This document shows, in pieces, positions 17,564-27,480 of a stretch of 60,189 nucleotides of DNA. The notes beneath the pieces were generated by a model that searched no databases, was not told the origin of the DNA, and was given only the letters and a program-made list of their open reading frames with translations. The stretch covers positions 1 through 60,189 of the forward strand of contig JAFAGU010000054.1 in NCBI GenBank assembly GCA_019237595.1, in the 5' to 3' direction. The position numbers and the translations under genes are program-made. This stretch comes from Betaproteobacteria bacterium (GTDB lineage Bacteria; Pseudomonadota; Gammaproteobacteria; Burkholderiales; SG8-39). Position 1 is the first letter of the stretch, and each line of letters starts with the position of its first letter.

Positions 17564-18463
17564 TTATTCGCCGCGCATTTCCGCTGCCACGGCATCGATT
17601 AACCGACGAGCGATCGAGATTCTGCTTGGAAGTTTCGGTAAATGCAATACTTTGAACCAGTTAGCCGCCTCGATTTCCCCTTCCTGGGGCCGGATCTCGC
17701 CGTGCGCCCAGTCGCACACGAAGGCGATCATGAGCGAGTGCGGGAAGGGCCAGGACTGGCTCGCAAAGTAACGGATGTTGCTTACGCGCACGCCGACCTC
17801 CTCCTGCGTCTCCCGGGCCACGCACTGCTCGAGCGACTCGCCGGGCTCGACGAAGCCGGCAAGCGCGCTGTACATCCCCGGCGGGAAGTGCGGCGAGCGG
17901 CCGAGGAGGAGCTCGTCGCCCCGGCGCACGAGCATCATGACCGCCGGCGCCACCCTCGGGTAGGCGGAGAGCCCGCAGGCAGGACACGTGCGGGAGCGCT
18001 CGTCTTGCTTGGGCTGCGTGCGGGCGCCGCAGCGGCCGCAGAACTGGTGGGTGCGATCCCAGTCGACTAGCTGCAGCGCTCGGCCCGCCAGCGCGAAGTG
18101 CGCGTCGTCCAGCACCGAAAAGAGCGTCCTCAGCCCTTCCCAGCTGAGGCGCGGCCCCGGCGGCGGAGCGTCCTTCGGCAGTTCGGCCGCCCAGCAGTCG
18201 GTGCCCTTGAGCCGCCCTAGATATAGCGTTCTCAGAGCGCTGCTCCCCAACCAGTTGTAGTTTTTCTGCAACGCGTGCTCGCCCGGCAGCCGCGCCCAGG
18301 CCGGGCGTGCACGCACGCGCGGGTCGTCGGACGGTCGGTCGGCGGGCCCCATCTCGACGAGGAGCTGGTCGCCGCGGAAGACGAACCAGTGGCCTGCGCC
18401 CGGCGCATCGCAACGGCATGCGCTTTCGAATTCCGCGGGGGCGGAGAAGGGAAGCTCGAGCAT
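17564..18463 (-). CDS. nudC: NAD(+) diphosphatase (NADH pyrophosphatase)
   Basis: Zn-ribbon CGRCG...CPACG, Nudix box [23 protein letters not shown], and the NudC-specific SQSWPFPHS motif. Confidence 0.9.
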   Translation of the reverse strand: MLELPFSAPAEFESACRCDAPGAGHWFVFRGDQLLVEMGPADRPSDDPRVRARPAWARLPGEHALQKNYNWLGSSALRTLYLGRLKGTDCWAAELPKDAPPPGPRLSWEGLRTLFSVLDDAHFALAGRALQLVDWDRTHQFCGRCGARTQPKQDERSRTCPACGLSAYPRVAPAVMMLVRRGDELLLGRSPHFPPGMYSALAGFVEPGESLEQCVARETQEEVGVRVSNIRYFASQSWPFPHSLMIAFVCDWAHGEIRPQEGEIEAANWFKVLHLPKLPSRISIARRLIDAVAAEMRGE

Positions 18464-18505
18464 CCGGCTCAGTATAATTTGCGCCTTCCGATGGAATCTC
18501 CGGTC

Positions 18506-20542
18506 ATGGCCAAGGCGTCCGACGCCGAGCTGGCGAACGCGCTTCGCGCCCTCGCCATGGACGCGGTGGAAGCCGCCAAGTCAGGGCACCCGGGGATGCC
18601 GATGGGCATGGCCGAGATCGCCGTCGCCCTCTGGACCCGGCACCTGCGGCACAACCCGGCCGACCCCGCCTGGCCGAACCGCGACCGGTTCGTGCTCTCG
18701 AACGGGCACGGGTCCATGCTCCTGTACGGGCTCCTGCACCTCACGGGCTATCCGCTGCCGATGGAGGAGCTGCGCCGGTTCCGCCAGCTCGGGTCCAAGA
18801 CCCCCGGCCACCCGGAATTCGGCCACACGCCCGGGGTGGAGACCACCACCGGTCCCCTCGGGCAGGGCTTCGCCAACGCCGTAGGCATGGCGCTCGCCGA
18901 GAAGCTGCTGGCGGCGCGCTTCAACCGGCCCGGCGCGGAGCTCGTGGAGCATCACACCTACGTCTTCATGGGCGACGGCTGCATGATGGAAGGCATCTCC
19001 CACGAGGCGGCCTCCTTCGCCGGCACGATGGGCCTTTCGCGGCTCATCGCCTTCTACGACGACAACGGCATCTCGATCGACTCCGAGAAGGGCGAGATGC
19101 GCTACTGGTACAGCGACGACGTGCCCAAGCGCTTCGCCGCCTACGGCTGGCAGGTCATTCCAAACGTCGACGGACACGATGTGGAGGCGGTCGACAAGGC
19201 GATCCGCAAGGCGAAGCGCGAAGCGAAGCGTCCGAACGGCAGGCCGACGCTCATCTGCTGCAAGACGACGATCGCGAAGGGCGCGCCGAAGAAGGCGAAT
19301 ACCGGCGCGGCGCATGGCGCTCCCTTGGGCGCGGAAGAGGTCGCGGCGACGCGCGCGGCCATCGGCTGGAGCGCGGCGCCCTTCGAGGTTCCCGAGCACG
19401 TGAAGACCGGCTGGGATGCCCGCGAGGCGGGAAAGCGGTTGCAGCGCAGATGGAAAAAAGTCCGCGCGGCGTACGAAAAGCAGTTTCCCGCCGACGCAGC
19501 CGAGTTCGATCGCAGGGTCGCCGGAAACCTGCCGGGGGACTTCCTGGAGAAGTTCAAGGGCCTCCTCGAGGAAACGGATCGCAAGGCGGAGACGATCGCC
19601 ACGCGCAAGGCGTCGCAGAATGTCCTCGAGGCGCTCGTGCCCGCGCTGCCGGAGCTGCTCGGCGGGTCGGCGGACCTCACCGGCTCGAATCTCACCATGG
19701 TGAAGGCGTCCCGTCCGGTCGCGCCAGCGGCGCTTTGGAAGAACGAGCCTGGCAACCACGTCTTCTACGGCGTACGCGAGTTCGGCATGTGCGCGATGAT
19801 GAACGGGATCGCGCTGCACGGCGGGTTCATTCCCTACGGCGGCACGTTCCTCGTCTTTTCCGACTATGCGCGCAATGCGCTGCGCATGGCGGCGCTCATG
19901 AAGATCCGGGTCGTCTACGTGTTTACCCACGATTCGATCGGTCTCGGCGAGGACGGGCCCACGCACCAGCCGATCGAGCACGCCTCGAGCCTCAGGCTCA
20001 TTCCCAACCTGGACGTGTGGCGGCCCTGCGACACCGTGGAGACGGCGCTCGCCTGGAAGGCCGCGCTCGAGCGGACCGACGGGCCGACGGCGCTCCTCCT
20101 TTCGCGCCAGAACGTCGCCTTCTCCAGGCGCTCCTCCCTCGAGGACGCGGCGAAGGGCGGCTATGTTCTTTCGGAAGCGCCTTCGGGACCGTTGTCCGCG
20201 AAGGCGGTGATCCTCGCCACGGGCTCCGAGGTCCCGCTCGCGCTCGCGGCGCAAAAGCTGCTTGCGGAGACGCACCTGCCGGTACGGGTCGTGTCGATGC
20301 CCTCCACTACCGTCTTCGATCGCCAACCGGAGCACTACCGCAAGGCCGTGCTGGCGCCAGGCGTGCCGAAGGTGGCCGTGGAGGCGGGCGTAAGCGACTT
20401 CTGGCGCAAGTACGTCGGGCTGGAGGGCGCGGTGCTCGGCATCGACCGGTTCGGCGAGTCGGCACCGGCGGCGGATGCGTTCCGGCATTTCGGGTTCAGC
20501 GCCGACAAGGTGGCGCAGCTCGTCCGAAGCGTGGTGGGATGA
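18506..20542 (+). CDS. tkt: transketolase
   Basis: [34 protein letters not shown], the ThDP motif [12 protein letters not shown], and ...[16 protein letters not shown]. An alternative in-frame ATG lies at 18491. The track start at 18275 overlaps nudC and is rejected. Confidence 0.93.
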   Translation: MAKASDAELANALRALAMDAVEAAKSGHPGMPMGMAEIAVALWTRHLRHNPADPAWPNRDRFVLSNGHGSMLLYGLLHLTGYPLPMEELRRFRQLGSKTPGHPEFGHTPGVETTTGPLGQGFANAVGMALAEKLLAARFNRPGAELVEHHTYVFMGDGCMMEGISHEAASFAGTMGLSRLIAFYDDNGISIDSEKGEMRYWYSDDVPKRFAAYGWQVIPNVDGHDVEAVDKAIRKAKREAKRPNGRPTLICCKTTIAKGAPKKANTGAAHGAPLGAEEVAATRAAIGWSAAPFEVPEHVKTGWDAREAGKRLQRRWKKVRAAYEKQFPADAAEFDRRVAGNLPGDFLEKFKGLLEETDRKAETIATRKASQNVLEALVPALPELLGGSADLTGSNLTMVKASRPVAPAALWKNEPGNHVFYGVREFGMCAMMNGIALHGGFIPYGGTFLVFSDYARNALRMAALMKIRVVYVFTHDSIGLGEDGPTHQPIEHASSLRLIPNLDVWRPCDTVETALAWKAALERTDGPTALLLSRQNVAFSRRSSLEDAAKGGYVLSEAPSGPLSAKAVILATGSEVPLALAAQKLLAETHLPVRVVSMPSTTVFDRQPEHYRKAVLAPGVPKVAVEAGVSDFWRKYVGLEGAVLGIDRFGESAPAADAFRHFGFSADKVAQLVRSVVG

Positions 20543-20620
20543 GGACTTGAACGCCGCGCAAACCGGCGCGGCGCGTCGAGGTCATATCGGTATGGCAAGC
20601 GATCCAGCGCAGGAGCAACG

Positions 20621-21634
20621 ATGACCATCAAGGTAGCGATCAACGGGTTCGGCCGCATCGGCCGCAACATCCTCAGGGCCCACTACGAGGGCGGCAAGAA
20701 GCAGGGCCTCGAGTTCGTGGCGATCAACGACCTCGGCGATGCGGCGACGAACGCCCACCTCCTCAAATACGACACCGTGCACGGACCTTTCCGGGGCTCC
20801 GTGCGGGTCGAGGGCGACTCGCTCGTGGCGAACGACGATCGCATCAAGGTCGTCGCCGAGCGCGACCCGGGCAAGCTTCCGTGGAAGGCGCTCGGGGTAG
20901 ACGTCGTCCTGGAGTGCACCGGCCTTTTCACGAGCAAGGCAAAGGCGAGCGCGCACGTCGCGGCGGGGGCGAAGAAGGTGATCATCTCCGCGCCAGCAGA
21001 AAAGGACGTGGACCGCACGGTCGTCTTCGGCGTGAACCACAAGGACCTGAAAGCGGGCGATACGGTCATCTCCAATGCCTCGTGCACGACCAACTGCCTC
21101 GCGCCGCTCGTGAAGGCGCTGGACGACCGCATCGGCGTGGTGTCGGGCCTCATGACGACCATCCATTCCTACACCAACGACCAGGTGCTCACCGACGTCT
21201 TCCACAAGGACCTGCGCCGCGCGCGCTCGGCGACCCACAACCAGATCCCCACGAAGACAGGCGCCGCGGCCGCCGTCGGCCTCGTGCTCCCGCACCTCAA
21301 CGGCAAGCTCGACGGATTCTCGATTCGCGTCCCGACCATCAACGTCTCGCTCGTGGACCTCGTTTTCGTCGCGAAGAGGAAGACGAACGTCGACGAGGTG
21401 AACGCGGCCGTGAAGCAGGCCTCGGAAACGGACTTGAAGGGCATTCTCGAGTACAGCGCCGAGCCGCTCGTCTCGTCGGACTTCAACCACCACCCGGCGA
21501 GCTCGGTCTTCGACGCGACTATCACCAAGGTGGCCGACGGCACGCTCGTGAAGGTGTACTCCTGGTACGACAATGAGTGGGGCTTCTCGAACCGCATGCT
21601 CGACGTGACCGCGGCGCTGATGCACGCGAAGTAG
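20621..21634 (+). CDS. gap: glyceraldehyde-3-phosphate dehydrogenase
   Basis: [10 protein letters not shown] plus the active site [12 protein letters not shown]; 337 aa. Confidence 0.95.
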   Translation: MTIKVAINGFGRIGRNILRAHYEGGKKQGLEFVAINDLGDAATNAHLLKYDTVHGPFRGSVRVEGDSLVANDDRIKVVAERDPGKLPWKALGVDVVLECTGLFTSKAKASAHVAAGAKKVIISAPAEKDVDRTVVFGVNHKDLKAGDTVISNASCTTNCLAPLVKALDDRIGVVSGLMTTIHSYTNDQVLTDVFHKDLRRARSATHNQIPTKTGAAAAVGLVLPHLNGKLDGFSIRVPTINVSLVDLVFVAKRKTNVDEVNAAVKQASETDLKGILEYSAEPLVSSDFNHHPASSVFDATITKVADGTLVKVYSWYDNEWGFSNRMLDVTAALMHAK

Positions 21635-21662
21635 CCGGGCGATCCCGCTCCGGGCGAGCCTC

Positions 21663-22826
21663 ATGAAGTTCAAGCGCATGTCGGAGGTGGACCTGCGAGG
21701 CAAGCGGGTCTTCATCCGGGCCGACCTCAACGTGCCGTGCGAGGGCGGGCGGATCACGGACGACACGCGGATCCGCGCTTCCGTCCCGGGCATCGAGGAA
21801 GCGATCGCGAAGGGCGCGGCGGTCATGGTCGCCTCGCACCTCGGGCGGCCGAAGGAGGGCAGCTTCGATCCGGCCGATTCGCTTGCCCCGGTGGCGCAGC
21901 GCCTCTCCGAGCTCATGGAGCGCAAGGTGCCCCTCGTGCGCGACTGGCTGGGCGGCGTCGATGTTTCGCCGGGCGAGGCCGTGCTCCTCGAGAACTGCCG
22001 CTTCAACAAGGGCGAAAAGGCGGACGACGAAGCGCTCGCCAGGAAGGTAGCGTCGCTTTGCGACGTGTATGTCAACGACGCTTTCGGCGCCGCGCACCGC
22101 GCCGAAGCCACGACCCACGGCGTCGCGCGCTTCGCGAAGGTCGCGTGCGCCGGGCCGCTCATGGCGGCCGAGCTCGACGCGCTCGGAAAGGCGCTTTCTA
22201 GCCCGGCACGACCGCTCGTGGCGCTCGTGGGCGGCTCCAAGGTCTCGACGAAGCTCACCGTGCTTGGCGAGCTCGCAAAGAAGGTCGACGCCCTGATCGT
22301 CGGCGGCGGCATCGCGAACACGTTCCTCCTCGCGGCCGGAAAGCCGATCGGCAAGTCGCTCGCCGAGCCGGCGCTCGTCGAGGAGGCGAAGCGCATCGCC
22401 GCGGCGACGCACGTGCCAATCCCCGAGGACGTAGTGGTCGCGGTCGAGGCCTCGGCGCGGGCCAGGAGCTCGATCAAATCGCCGGACGAGGTCCACGGCG
22501 ACGAGATGATCCTCGATATCGGCCCGCGCACCGCGGCCGCGCTCGCCGAGCGCCTGAGGGCCGCGGGCACGATCGTCTGGAACGGACCGCTCGGAATGTT
22601 CGAGCTCGACGCATTTGCCAAGGGAACGCACGAAGTGGGCCGCGCCATCGCCCAATCCGGGGCTTTTTCCATTGCGGGCGGAGGCGACACGGTCGCGGCC
22701 ATCCACAAGTTCGGACTGGAGCGCGGCATCGACTACATTTCGACCGCTGGCGGCGCGTTCCTCGAGTTTCTCGAGGGAAAGACGCTTCCGGCGGTGGCGG
22801 CGCTCGAAGCGCGCGCCAATGGTTGA
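21663..22826 (+). CDS. pgk: phosphoglycerate kinase
   Basis: [16 protein letters not shown] and GGGDT motifs; 387 aa. Confidence 0.95.
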   Translation: MKFKRMSEVDLRGKRVFIRADLNVPCEGGRITDDTRIRASVPGIEEAIAKGAAVMVASHLGRPKEGSFDPADSLAPVAQRLSELMERKVPLVRDWLGGVDVSPGEAVLLENCRFNKGEKADDEALARKVASLCDVYVNDAFGAAHRAEATTHGVARFAKVACAGPLMAAELDALGKALSSPARPLVALVGGSKVSTKLTVLGELAKKVDALIVGGGIANTFLLAAGKPIGKSLAEPALVEEAKRIAAATHVPIPEDVVVAVEASARARSSIKSPDEVHGDEMILDIGPRTAAALAERLRAAGTIVWNGPLGMFELDAFAKGTHEVGRAIAQSGAFSIAGGGDTVAAIHKFGLERGIDYISTAGGAFLEFLEGKTLPAVAALEARANG

Positions 22827-23217
22827 GCGAGTCTGGGTCGACACGCGCGGCCGCGGCCTTCACGAGATCACGGCGATGGTCGCCGCAAAGGTGAAGATCG
22901 TCGAGGGCCTGTGCACCTTGTTCGTGCGCCACACTTCGGCGAGCCTCGTCGTCCAGGAGAACGCCGACCCGAGCGCGAAGGCGGACCTCGAGCGCTGGCT
23001 CGACCGGCTGGTGCCCGACGGCGATCCGTTTTACCGGCACGACACCGAAGGCCCGGACGACATGCCGGGCCACATCAAGGCCGCGCTGACGGCAACCTCG
23101 CTCTCGATCCCGGTGCTCGAAGGGCGGCTCGCGCTCGGCACGTGGCAGGGCATCTACCTTTGGGAACACCGCCTGCGCGGCTCGCGCAGGGAAGTGGTGT
23201 TGCACATCGGTCCTTGA
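22819..23217 (+). CDS. YjbQ/UPF0047-family protein (secondary thiamine-phosphate synthase enzyme family)
   Basis: ATG at 22819 overlaps the pgk 3' end by 8 nt. [24 protein letters not shown] and [11 protein letters not shown] are characteristic of the family; 132 aa. Confidence 0.8.
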   Translation: MVERVWVDTRGRGLHEITAMVAAKVKIVEGLCTLFVRHTSASLVVQENADPSAKADLERWLDRLVPDGDPFYRHDTEGPDDMPGHIKAALTATSLSIPVLEGRLALGTWQGIYLWEHRLRGSRREVVLHIGP

Positions 23218-23267
23218 GCGGATAACTTTCGCCCTTCCCCTTTCGCTCTCTTTCTCGTTCTCTTCCC

Positions 23268-24707
23268 ATGGTGCGCAGTACCAAGATCGTTGCCACGCTT
23301 GGCCCGGCCTCGAGCGAGCCCGTGGTGCTGGAACGGATGATCCGAGCCGGCGTGGACGTCGTGCGGCTCAATTTTTCGCACGGCACGGCGGAGGACCACC
23401 TGAAGCGCGCCGAGCTCGTGAAGGAGCTCGCGCGCAAGACCGGGCGCACGGTCGCCATCCTGTGCGACCTCCAGGGGCCGAAGATCCGCGTCGGCAAGTT
23501 CAAGGAAGGCAAGGTCACGCTCGAGAAGGGGCAGCGCTTCGTCCTCGACGCGAACTGCGAGCTCGGCGACAAGGAGCGCGCGGGGCTCGACTACAAGGAG
23601 CTGCCGCGGGACGTGGAGCCCGGCGCGGTGCTCCTCCTCGACGACGGGAAGATCGTCCTCGACGTGGCGGAGGTGCGCGGCGCCGAGGTCCACACCAAGG
23701 TGCGCCATGGCGGCGTGCTCTCCAACAACAAGGGGATCAACCGCCAGGGCGGCGGCCTCACGGCGCCCGCGCTCACCGCCAAGGACATGGAGGACATCAA
23801 GACCGCGGCACGGCTCCAGGCCGACTACCTCGCGGTTTCGTTCCCGAAGAGCGGCGCCGACATGTACATGGCGCGCGAGCTCATGCGCGCGGCGGGAGGC
23901 CGGTCGTTCCTCATCGCCAAGATCGAGCGCGCCGAAGCGGTGGGCGAAAGCGCGCTCGTGGACATCATGCGCGGGTCCGACGGCATCATGGTGGCTCGCG
24001 GCGACCTCGCGGTCGAGGTCGGCGATGCCTCCGTTCCCGCCTTGCAAAAGAAGATGATCCGGCTTGCCCGCGAGCACAACAAGCTGACGATCACCGCGAC
24101 GCAGATGATGGAGTCGATGATCTCGAGCCCGGTGCCCACGCGCGCCGAGGTTTCCGACGTGGCCAACGCGGTCCTCGACGGTACGGATGCGGTGATGACC
24201 TCCGCGGAGACGGCGAGCGGGCGCTACCCGGTCGAGACGATCGAGGCGATGGCGCGCGTGTGCGTGGAGGCAGAGCAGACGCAGCCGCTCAACCTCGAGC
24301 AGGACTTCCTGAACCGCGTGTTCACGCGGGTCGACCAGTCGATCGCCATGGCGGCGCTCTTCACCGCCTACCACCTTAAGGTGAAGGCGATTGCTTCCCT
24401 CACCGAGTCTGGCTCCACGGCGCTGTGGATGAGCCGCCTGAATTGCGGCGTGCCGATCTACGCCCTCACCTCGCAGACGGCGACTCGTTATCGTTGCGCG
24501 CTTTTCCGCGACGTCTATCCGCTCATGGTGAAGTACGTCGGCCACGACCGCGAGGAGCTCCTGCGCGAGGCGGAGAAGGTGCTGGTCGAGAGCGGGGTCG
24601 TCAAGGAAGGCGACATCATCGTGCTGACCATCGGCGAGCCTATCGGCAAGAGCGGCGGCACGAACACGATGAAGATCGTCAAAGTGGGCGAGCACCTGCG
24701 GGCGTGA
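23268..24707 (+). CDS. pyk: pyruvate kinase
   Basis: MVRSTKIVATLGPAS, RLNFSHG, MVARGDLAVE, ATQMMESM; 479 aa. Confidence 0.95.
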   Translation: MVRSTKIVATLGPASSEPVVLERMIRAGVDVVRLNFSHGTAEDHLKRAELVKELARKTGRTVAILCDLQGPKIRVGKFKEGKVTLEKGQRFVLDANCELGDKERAGLDYKELPRDVEPGAVLLLDDGKIVLDVAEVRGAEVHTKVRHGGVLSNNKGINRQGGGLTAPALTAKDMEDIKTAARLQADYLAVSFPKSGADMYMARELMRAAGGRSFLIAKIERAEAVGESALVDIMRGSDGIMVARGDLAVEVGDASVPALQKKMIRLAREHNKLTITATQMMESMISSPVPTRAEVSDVANAVLDGTDAVMTSAETASGRYPVETIEAMARVCVEAEQTQPLNLEQDFLNRVFTRVDQSIAMAALFTAYHLKVKAIASLTESGSTALWMSRLNCGVPIYALTSQTATRYRCALFRDVYPLMVKYVGHDREELLREAEKVLVESGVVKEGDIIVLTIGEPIGKSGGTNTMKIVKVGEHLRA

Positions 24708-25903
24708 AGGGCGCGGCCGCGCACGCGATCGCTGCGGCCCTTTTTTCCACAATGCTCGCTCCGGCGGCCTTCGCTCAGAACGCCGCGGATCCCTGCCGCA
24801 TGGCGGCCCCTTTCGCGCGAAACGACGAAATCGCGCGTGCGCTCGAGCGGCGCACCGAGGCGCTCCGCGATGCGCAGGCGAGCTCGCCGGCGCGCGCGAA
24901 GCTCTACATCGATCGCGCGGCGTGCCTCGAGCGCCTCGGCCAGCCGGAGGCCGCGGCCGCGGACCTGAATGCCGCGCTTGCGCTCGATCCGGGCGCCGCG
25001 GAGGCCTATCGCGACCGCGCCCGCCTGCGCGCCAGGTTCGGCGAGCTCGAAGCCGCGCTCCAGGACCTAGGCGAGGCGCTGCGCCTGGAGCCCGCGAGCG
25101 TTATCGCTCGCGAAGGCAAGGCCGAGGTCGAAGCGCGGCTCGGGCGTCACCGCGAGGCAGTAGCGGACTTCGACGAAGTGCTCCGCCTGCAGCCCGAGAA
25201 CGTGGTGGCCCGCCACGGGCGTGGCGCGAGCCTCACCGTGCTCGGCGAGACGGCGCGCGCCATCTCCGACCTCGACGAGGCGCTGCGGCTCGACCCTCGC
25301 TATACGCCCGCACTCCTCGCGCGTGGCGAGGCGTACGCCCGGGCGGGTCAGCAAGCTCGCGCGATCGAGGACTACGCGGCGTACCTCGCCAGCAATCCGG
25401 ACGATGCCTACGCCCATTTCCGCCGCGGCGTTTCGCTTTCCCGGTTGCAGCGAGCGGCGGACGCCGTCGTCGAGTTCGGCGAGGCGATCCGGCTCGACCC
25501 GCGCCTCGTATCCGCGTACGTGGAGCGCGCTCGCTCGCTCGCGCGCCTTGCGCGGACGGAGGAAGCGATCCGGGATCTCGCCGATGCGGTGAAGCTGGCC
25601 CCGCGCTTCGCGCTTGCCCACAACGAGCTCGCGTGGCTCCTCGCGACATCCGCCGATGCCCGCCTGCGCGACGGCAAGCGAGCGCTCGAGCACGCGCGCG
25701 CCGCCGCGGAGCTCGCGAACTGGTCGAATGCCGGCTACCTCGACACTTATGCGGCCGCGCTCGCCGAAGCGGGCGACTTCGCCGAGGCGGTGAAGTGGGA
25801 GGAGCGCGCGCTCGAGCTGCCCGGGTTCGGCGCGGCGGCGCGCGACGAGGCCGCTGCCCGCCTTCGCCTCTACAAGGAGCGGATGCCGTTTCGCGGTAAT
25901 TGA
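24704..25903 (+). CDS. secreted TPR-repeat protein
   Basis: GTG at 24704 overlaps the pyk stop (GTGA). Signal peptide ...AAALFSTMLAPAAFAQ. At least 8 tandem 34-aa-type repeats end in A..L.LDP/LEP. The start codon is less certain than the frame. Confidence 0.7.
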   Translation: MKGAAAHAIAAALFSTMLAPAAFAQNAADPCRMAAPFARNDEIARALERRTEALRDAQASSPARAKLYIDRAACLERLGQPEAAAADLNAALALDPGAAEAYRDRARLRARFGELEAALQDLGEALRLEPASVIAREGKAEVEARLGRHREAVADFDEVLRLQPENVVARHGRGASLTVLGETARAISDLDEALRLDPRYTPALLARGEAYARAGQQARAIEDYAAYLASNPDDAYAHFRRGVSLSRLQRAADAVVEFGEAIRLDPRLVSAYVERARSLARLARTEEAIRDLADAVKLAPRFALAHNELAWLLATSADARLRDGKRALEHARAAAELANWSNAGYLDTYAAALAEAGDFAEAVKWEERALELPGFGAAARDEAAARLRLYKERMPFRGN

Positions 25904-25924
25904 GCGCGCAGGCGCCCCGAACAA

Positions 25925-25966
25925 TTGACGCGGCGCCCGGGCAGGGCTAGCTTAACCATCTGGTTA
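25925..25966 (+). promoter_or_regulatory. putative sigma70 promoter (TTGACG-17 nt-TAGCTT) with abutting 14-bp palindromic operator TAACCAtcTGGTTA
   Basis: -35 at 25925-25930 and -10 at 25948-25953. A perfect inverted repeat spans 25953-25966, 13 nt upstream of the tetR ATG. This is classic TetR autoregulatory geometry. Confidence 0.5.
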
Positions 25967-25979
25967 CTTCCTTCCCTTG

Positions 25980-26606
25980 ATGAAGATCAACGGCAGCCGG
26001 GATCCCGAGCGGACGAGGCGTCGCATCCTCGATGCCGCGACGGGCGAGTTCGCCCGCTACGGCCTCGGCGGCGCGCGCGTCGACCGGATTGCGGCGCGCT
26101 CGCGCGCCAACAAGCGGATGATGTACTACTACTACGGCTCGAAGGAGAGGCTCTTCCTCGCCGTCCTGGAGGAGAGCTATTCGCGCATCCGCAGCGCCGA
26201 GCGCTCGCTCGAGCTCGAGGACCTCGACCCGCGGCGCGCGCTGAGGCGGCTGGTCGAGTTCACCTGGCAGTACTTCGTGCGGCACCCGGAGTTCATGACG
26301 CTGCTGAACAGCGAGAACCTCCACAAGGGCCGGCACCTGAAAGGGTCCTCGCGCGTGCGCGACATGCACTCGCCGCTGCTCGTCACGCTCGCGGCGATCC
26401 TCGCGCGAGGCGAGCGGGAGGGGCTCTTCCGGCGCGGGATCGATCCCGTGCAGCTCTACATCTCGATCGCGGGCGAAGGTTATTTCTATCTTTCCAACCG
26501 CTATACGCTCTCGAGGATCTTCGGCCGAGACCTCATGGCGCCGCGCGCGCTCGCCGAGCGCGCGCGGCACAACGCCGACATGATCCTCCACGCGGTGCGC
26601 AAATGA
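25980..26606 (+). CDS. TetR/AcrR-family transcriptional regulator
   Basis: N-terminal HTH RRRILDAATGEFARYGLGGARVDRIAARSRANKRMMYYYYGSKERLF. A TTG at 25977 is an alternative start. Confidence 0.9.
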   Translation: MKINGSRDPERTRRRILDAATGEFARYGLGGARVDRIAARSRANKRMMYYYYGSKERLFLAVLEESYSRIRSAERSLELEDLDPRRALRRLVEFTWQYFVRHPEFMTLLNSENLHKGRHLKGSSRVRDMHSPLLVTLAAILARGEREGLFRRGIDPVQLYISIAGEGYFYLSNRYTLSRIFGRDLMAPRALAERARHNADMILHAVRK

Positions 26607-26643
26607 GCCTCGCCGCCATCTGGATGCCCCAGGGGCCGAGGCG

Positions 26644-27480
26644 ATGAGAGTCGCCCTCTGCAACGAGGTCATCGCGCCGATGCCCTTTCCCAAGCAGTGC
26701 GAGTACGCGGCGAAGCTCGGCTACGACGGCCTCGAGATCGCGCCGTACACGCTCTCGGAGGAGCCGCATCGCCTGGGCTCGGCGCAAATCGCCGCGGCGC
26801 GGGCGGCCGCCGACGACGCCGGAATCGCGCTCACCGGGCTTCACTGGCTGCTCCTCAAGCCCGCGGGGCTTTCCATCAGCACCCGCGACGACGCGGCGCG
26901 CAGGAGGACGATCGACGTCATGCTCGCGCTCATCGACCTTTGCGCCGCGCTGGGCGGGCGCTACCTCGTGCATGGTTCACCGCATCAGCGGCGGATCGAG
27001 CCGGGCGAGACGCGAGCCGCGGCGCTCGCGCGCGCCCGCGATACCTTCGCCGCGATCGCCGAGCGGGCCGCCGCGGCGGGGGTCCTCTACTGCATCGAGC
27101 CCCTGTCCGCGGACCAGACGCCGCTCATCAACACCCTCGAGGAAGCGGCGCGTCTGGTCGAGGATATCGCGAGCCCTGCCGTGCGGAGCATGCTCGATTG
27201 CAGCGCCGCCGGGCGGATGGAGAAGGAGCCGCTCGCGCTCCTCGTCGAGCGCTGGCTGCCGCGGGGGCTCATCGCGCACGTGCAGGTGAACGATCGCAAC
27301 CGCCGAGGACCGGGGCAGGGCGAGCAGCGCTTCGCGCCGCTCCTCGCCGCGCTCATCAAGCACGGCTACGACGGCGATCTCGCCGTCGAGCCCTTCGACT
27401 ATGTGCCCGACGGGCCGGGCGCCGCGGCGCGCGCGATCGGCTACATCCGCGGCATCCTTGAAGCGCTCTCGCGCGCATGA
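26644..27480 (+). CDS. xylose-isomerase-like TIM-barrel protein (sugar phosphate isomerase/epimerase family)
   Basis: MRVALCNEV...AKLGYDGLEIAP...GLHWLL...YLVHGSP...CIEPL...HVQVND is the AP-endonuclease-2 / TIM-barrel pattern; 278 aa. Confidence 0.8.
   Translation: MRVALCNEVIAPMPFPKQCEYAAKLGYDGLEIAPYTLSEEPHRLGSAQIAAARAAADDAGIALTGLHWLLLKPAGLSISTRDDAARRRTIDVMLALIDLCAALGGRYLVHGSPHQRRIEPGETRAAALARARDTFAAIAERAAAAGVLYCIEPLSADQTPLINTLEEAARLVEDIASPAVRSMLDCSAAGRMEKEPLALLVERWLPRGLIAHVQVNDRNRRGPGQGEQRFAPLLAALIKHGYDGDLAVEPFDYVPDGPGAAARAIGYIRGILEALSRA

Noticed and set aside
20552-20573. An 8-bp GC hairpin (CGCCGCGC-aaaccg-GCGCGGCG) between tkt and gap, considered as a terminator.
   Set aside because: No T-run follows it, and gap is most likely co-transcribed with tkt. 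The hairpin could be incidental in GC-rich DNA.
20582-22729. A 715-aa minus-strand ORF antisense to gap and pgk. Similar long antisense or alternate-frame ORFs occur elsewhere, e.g. 46593-48491, 56554-58374, 23154-24752, 31011-32588 and 41445-42527.
   Set aside because: All lie opposite or out of frame to genes with unambiguous family motifs. They have Arg/Ala/Pro-skewed low-complexity translations. This is expected from stop-codon scarcity in GC-rich DNA.
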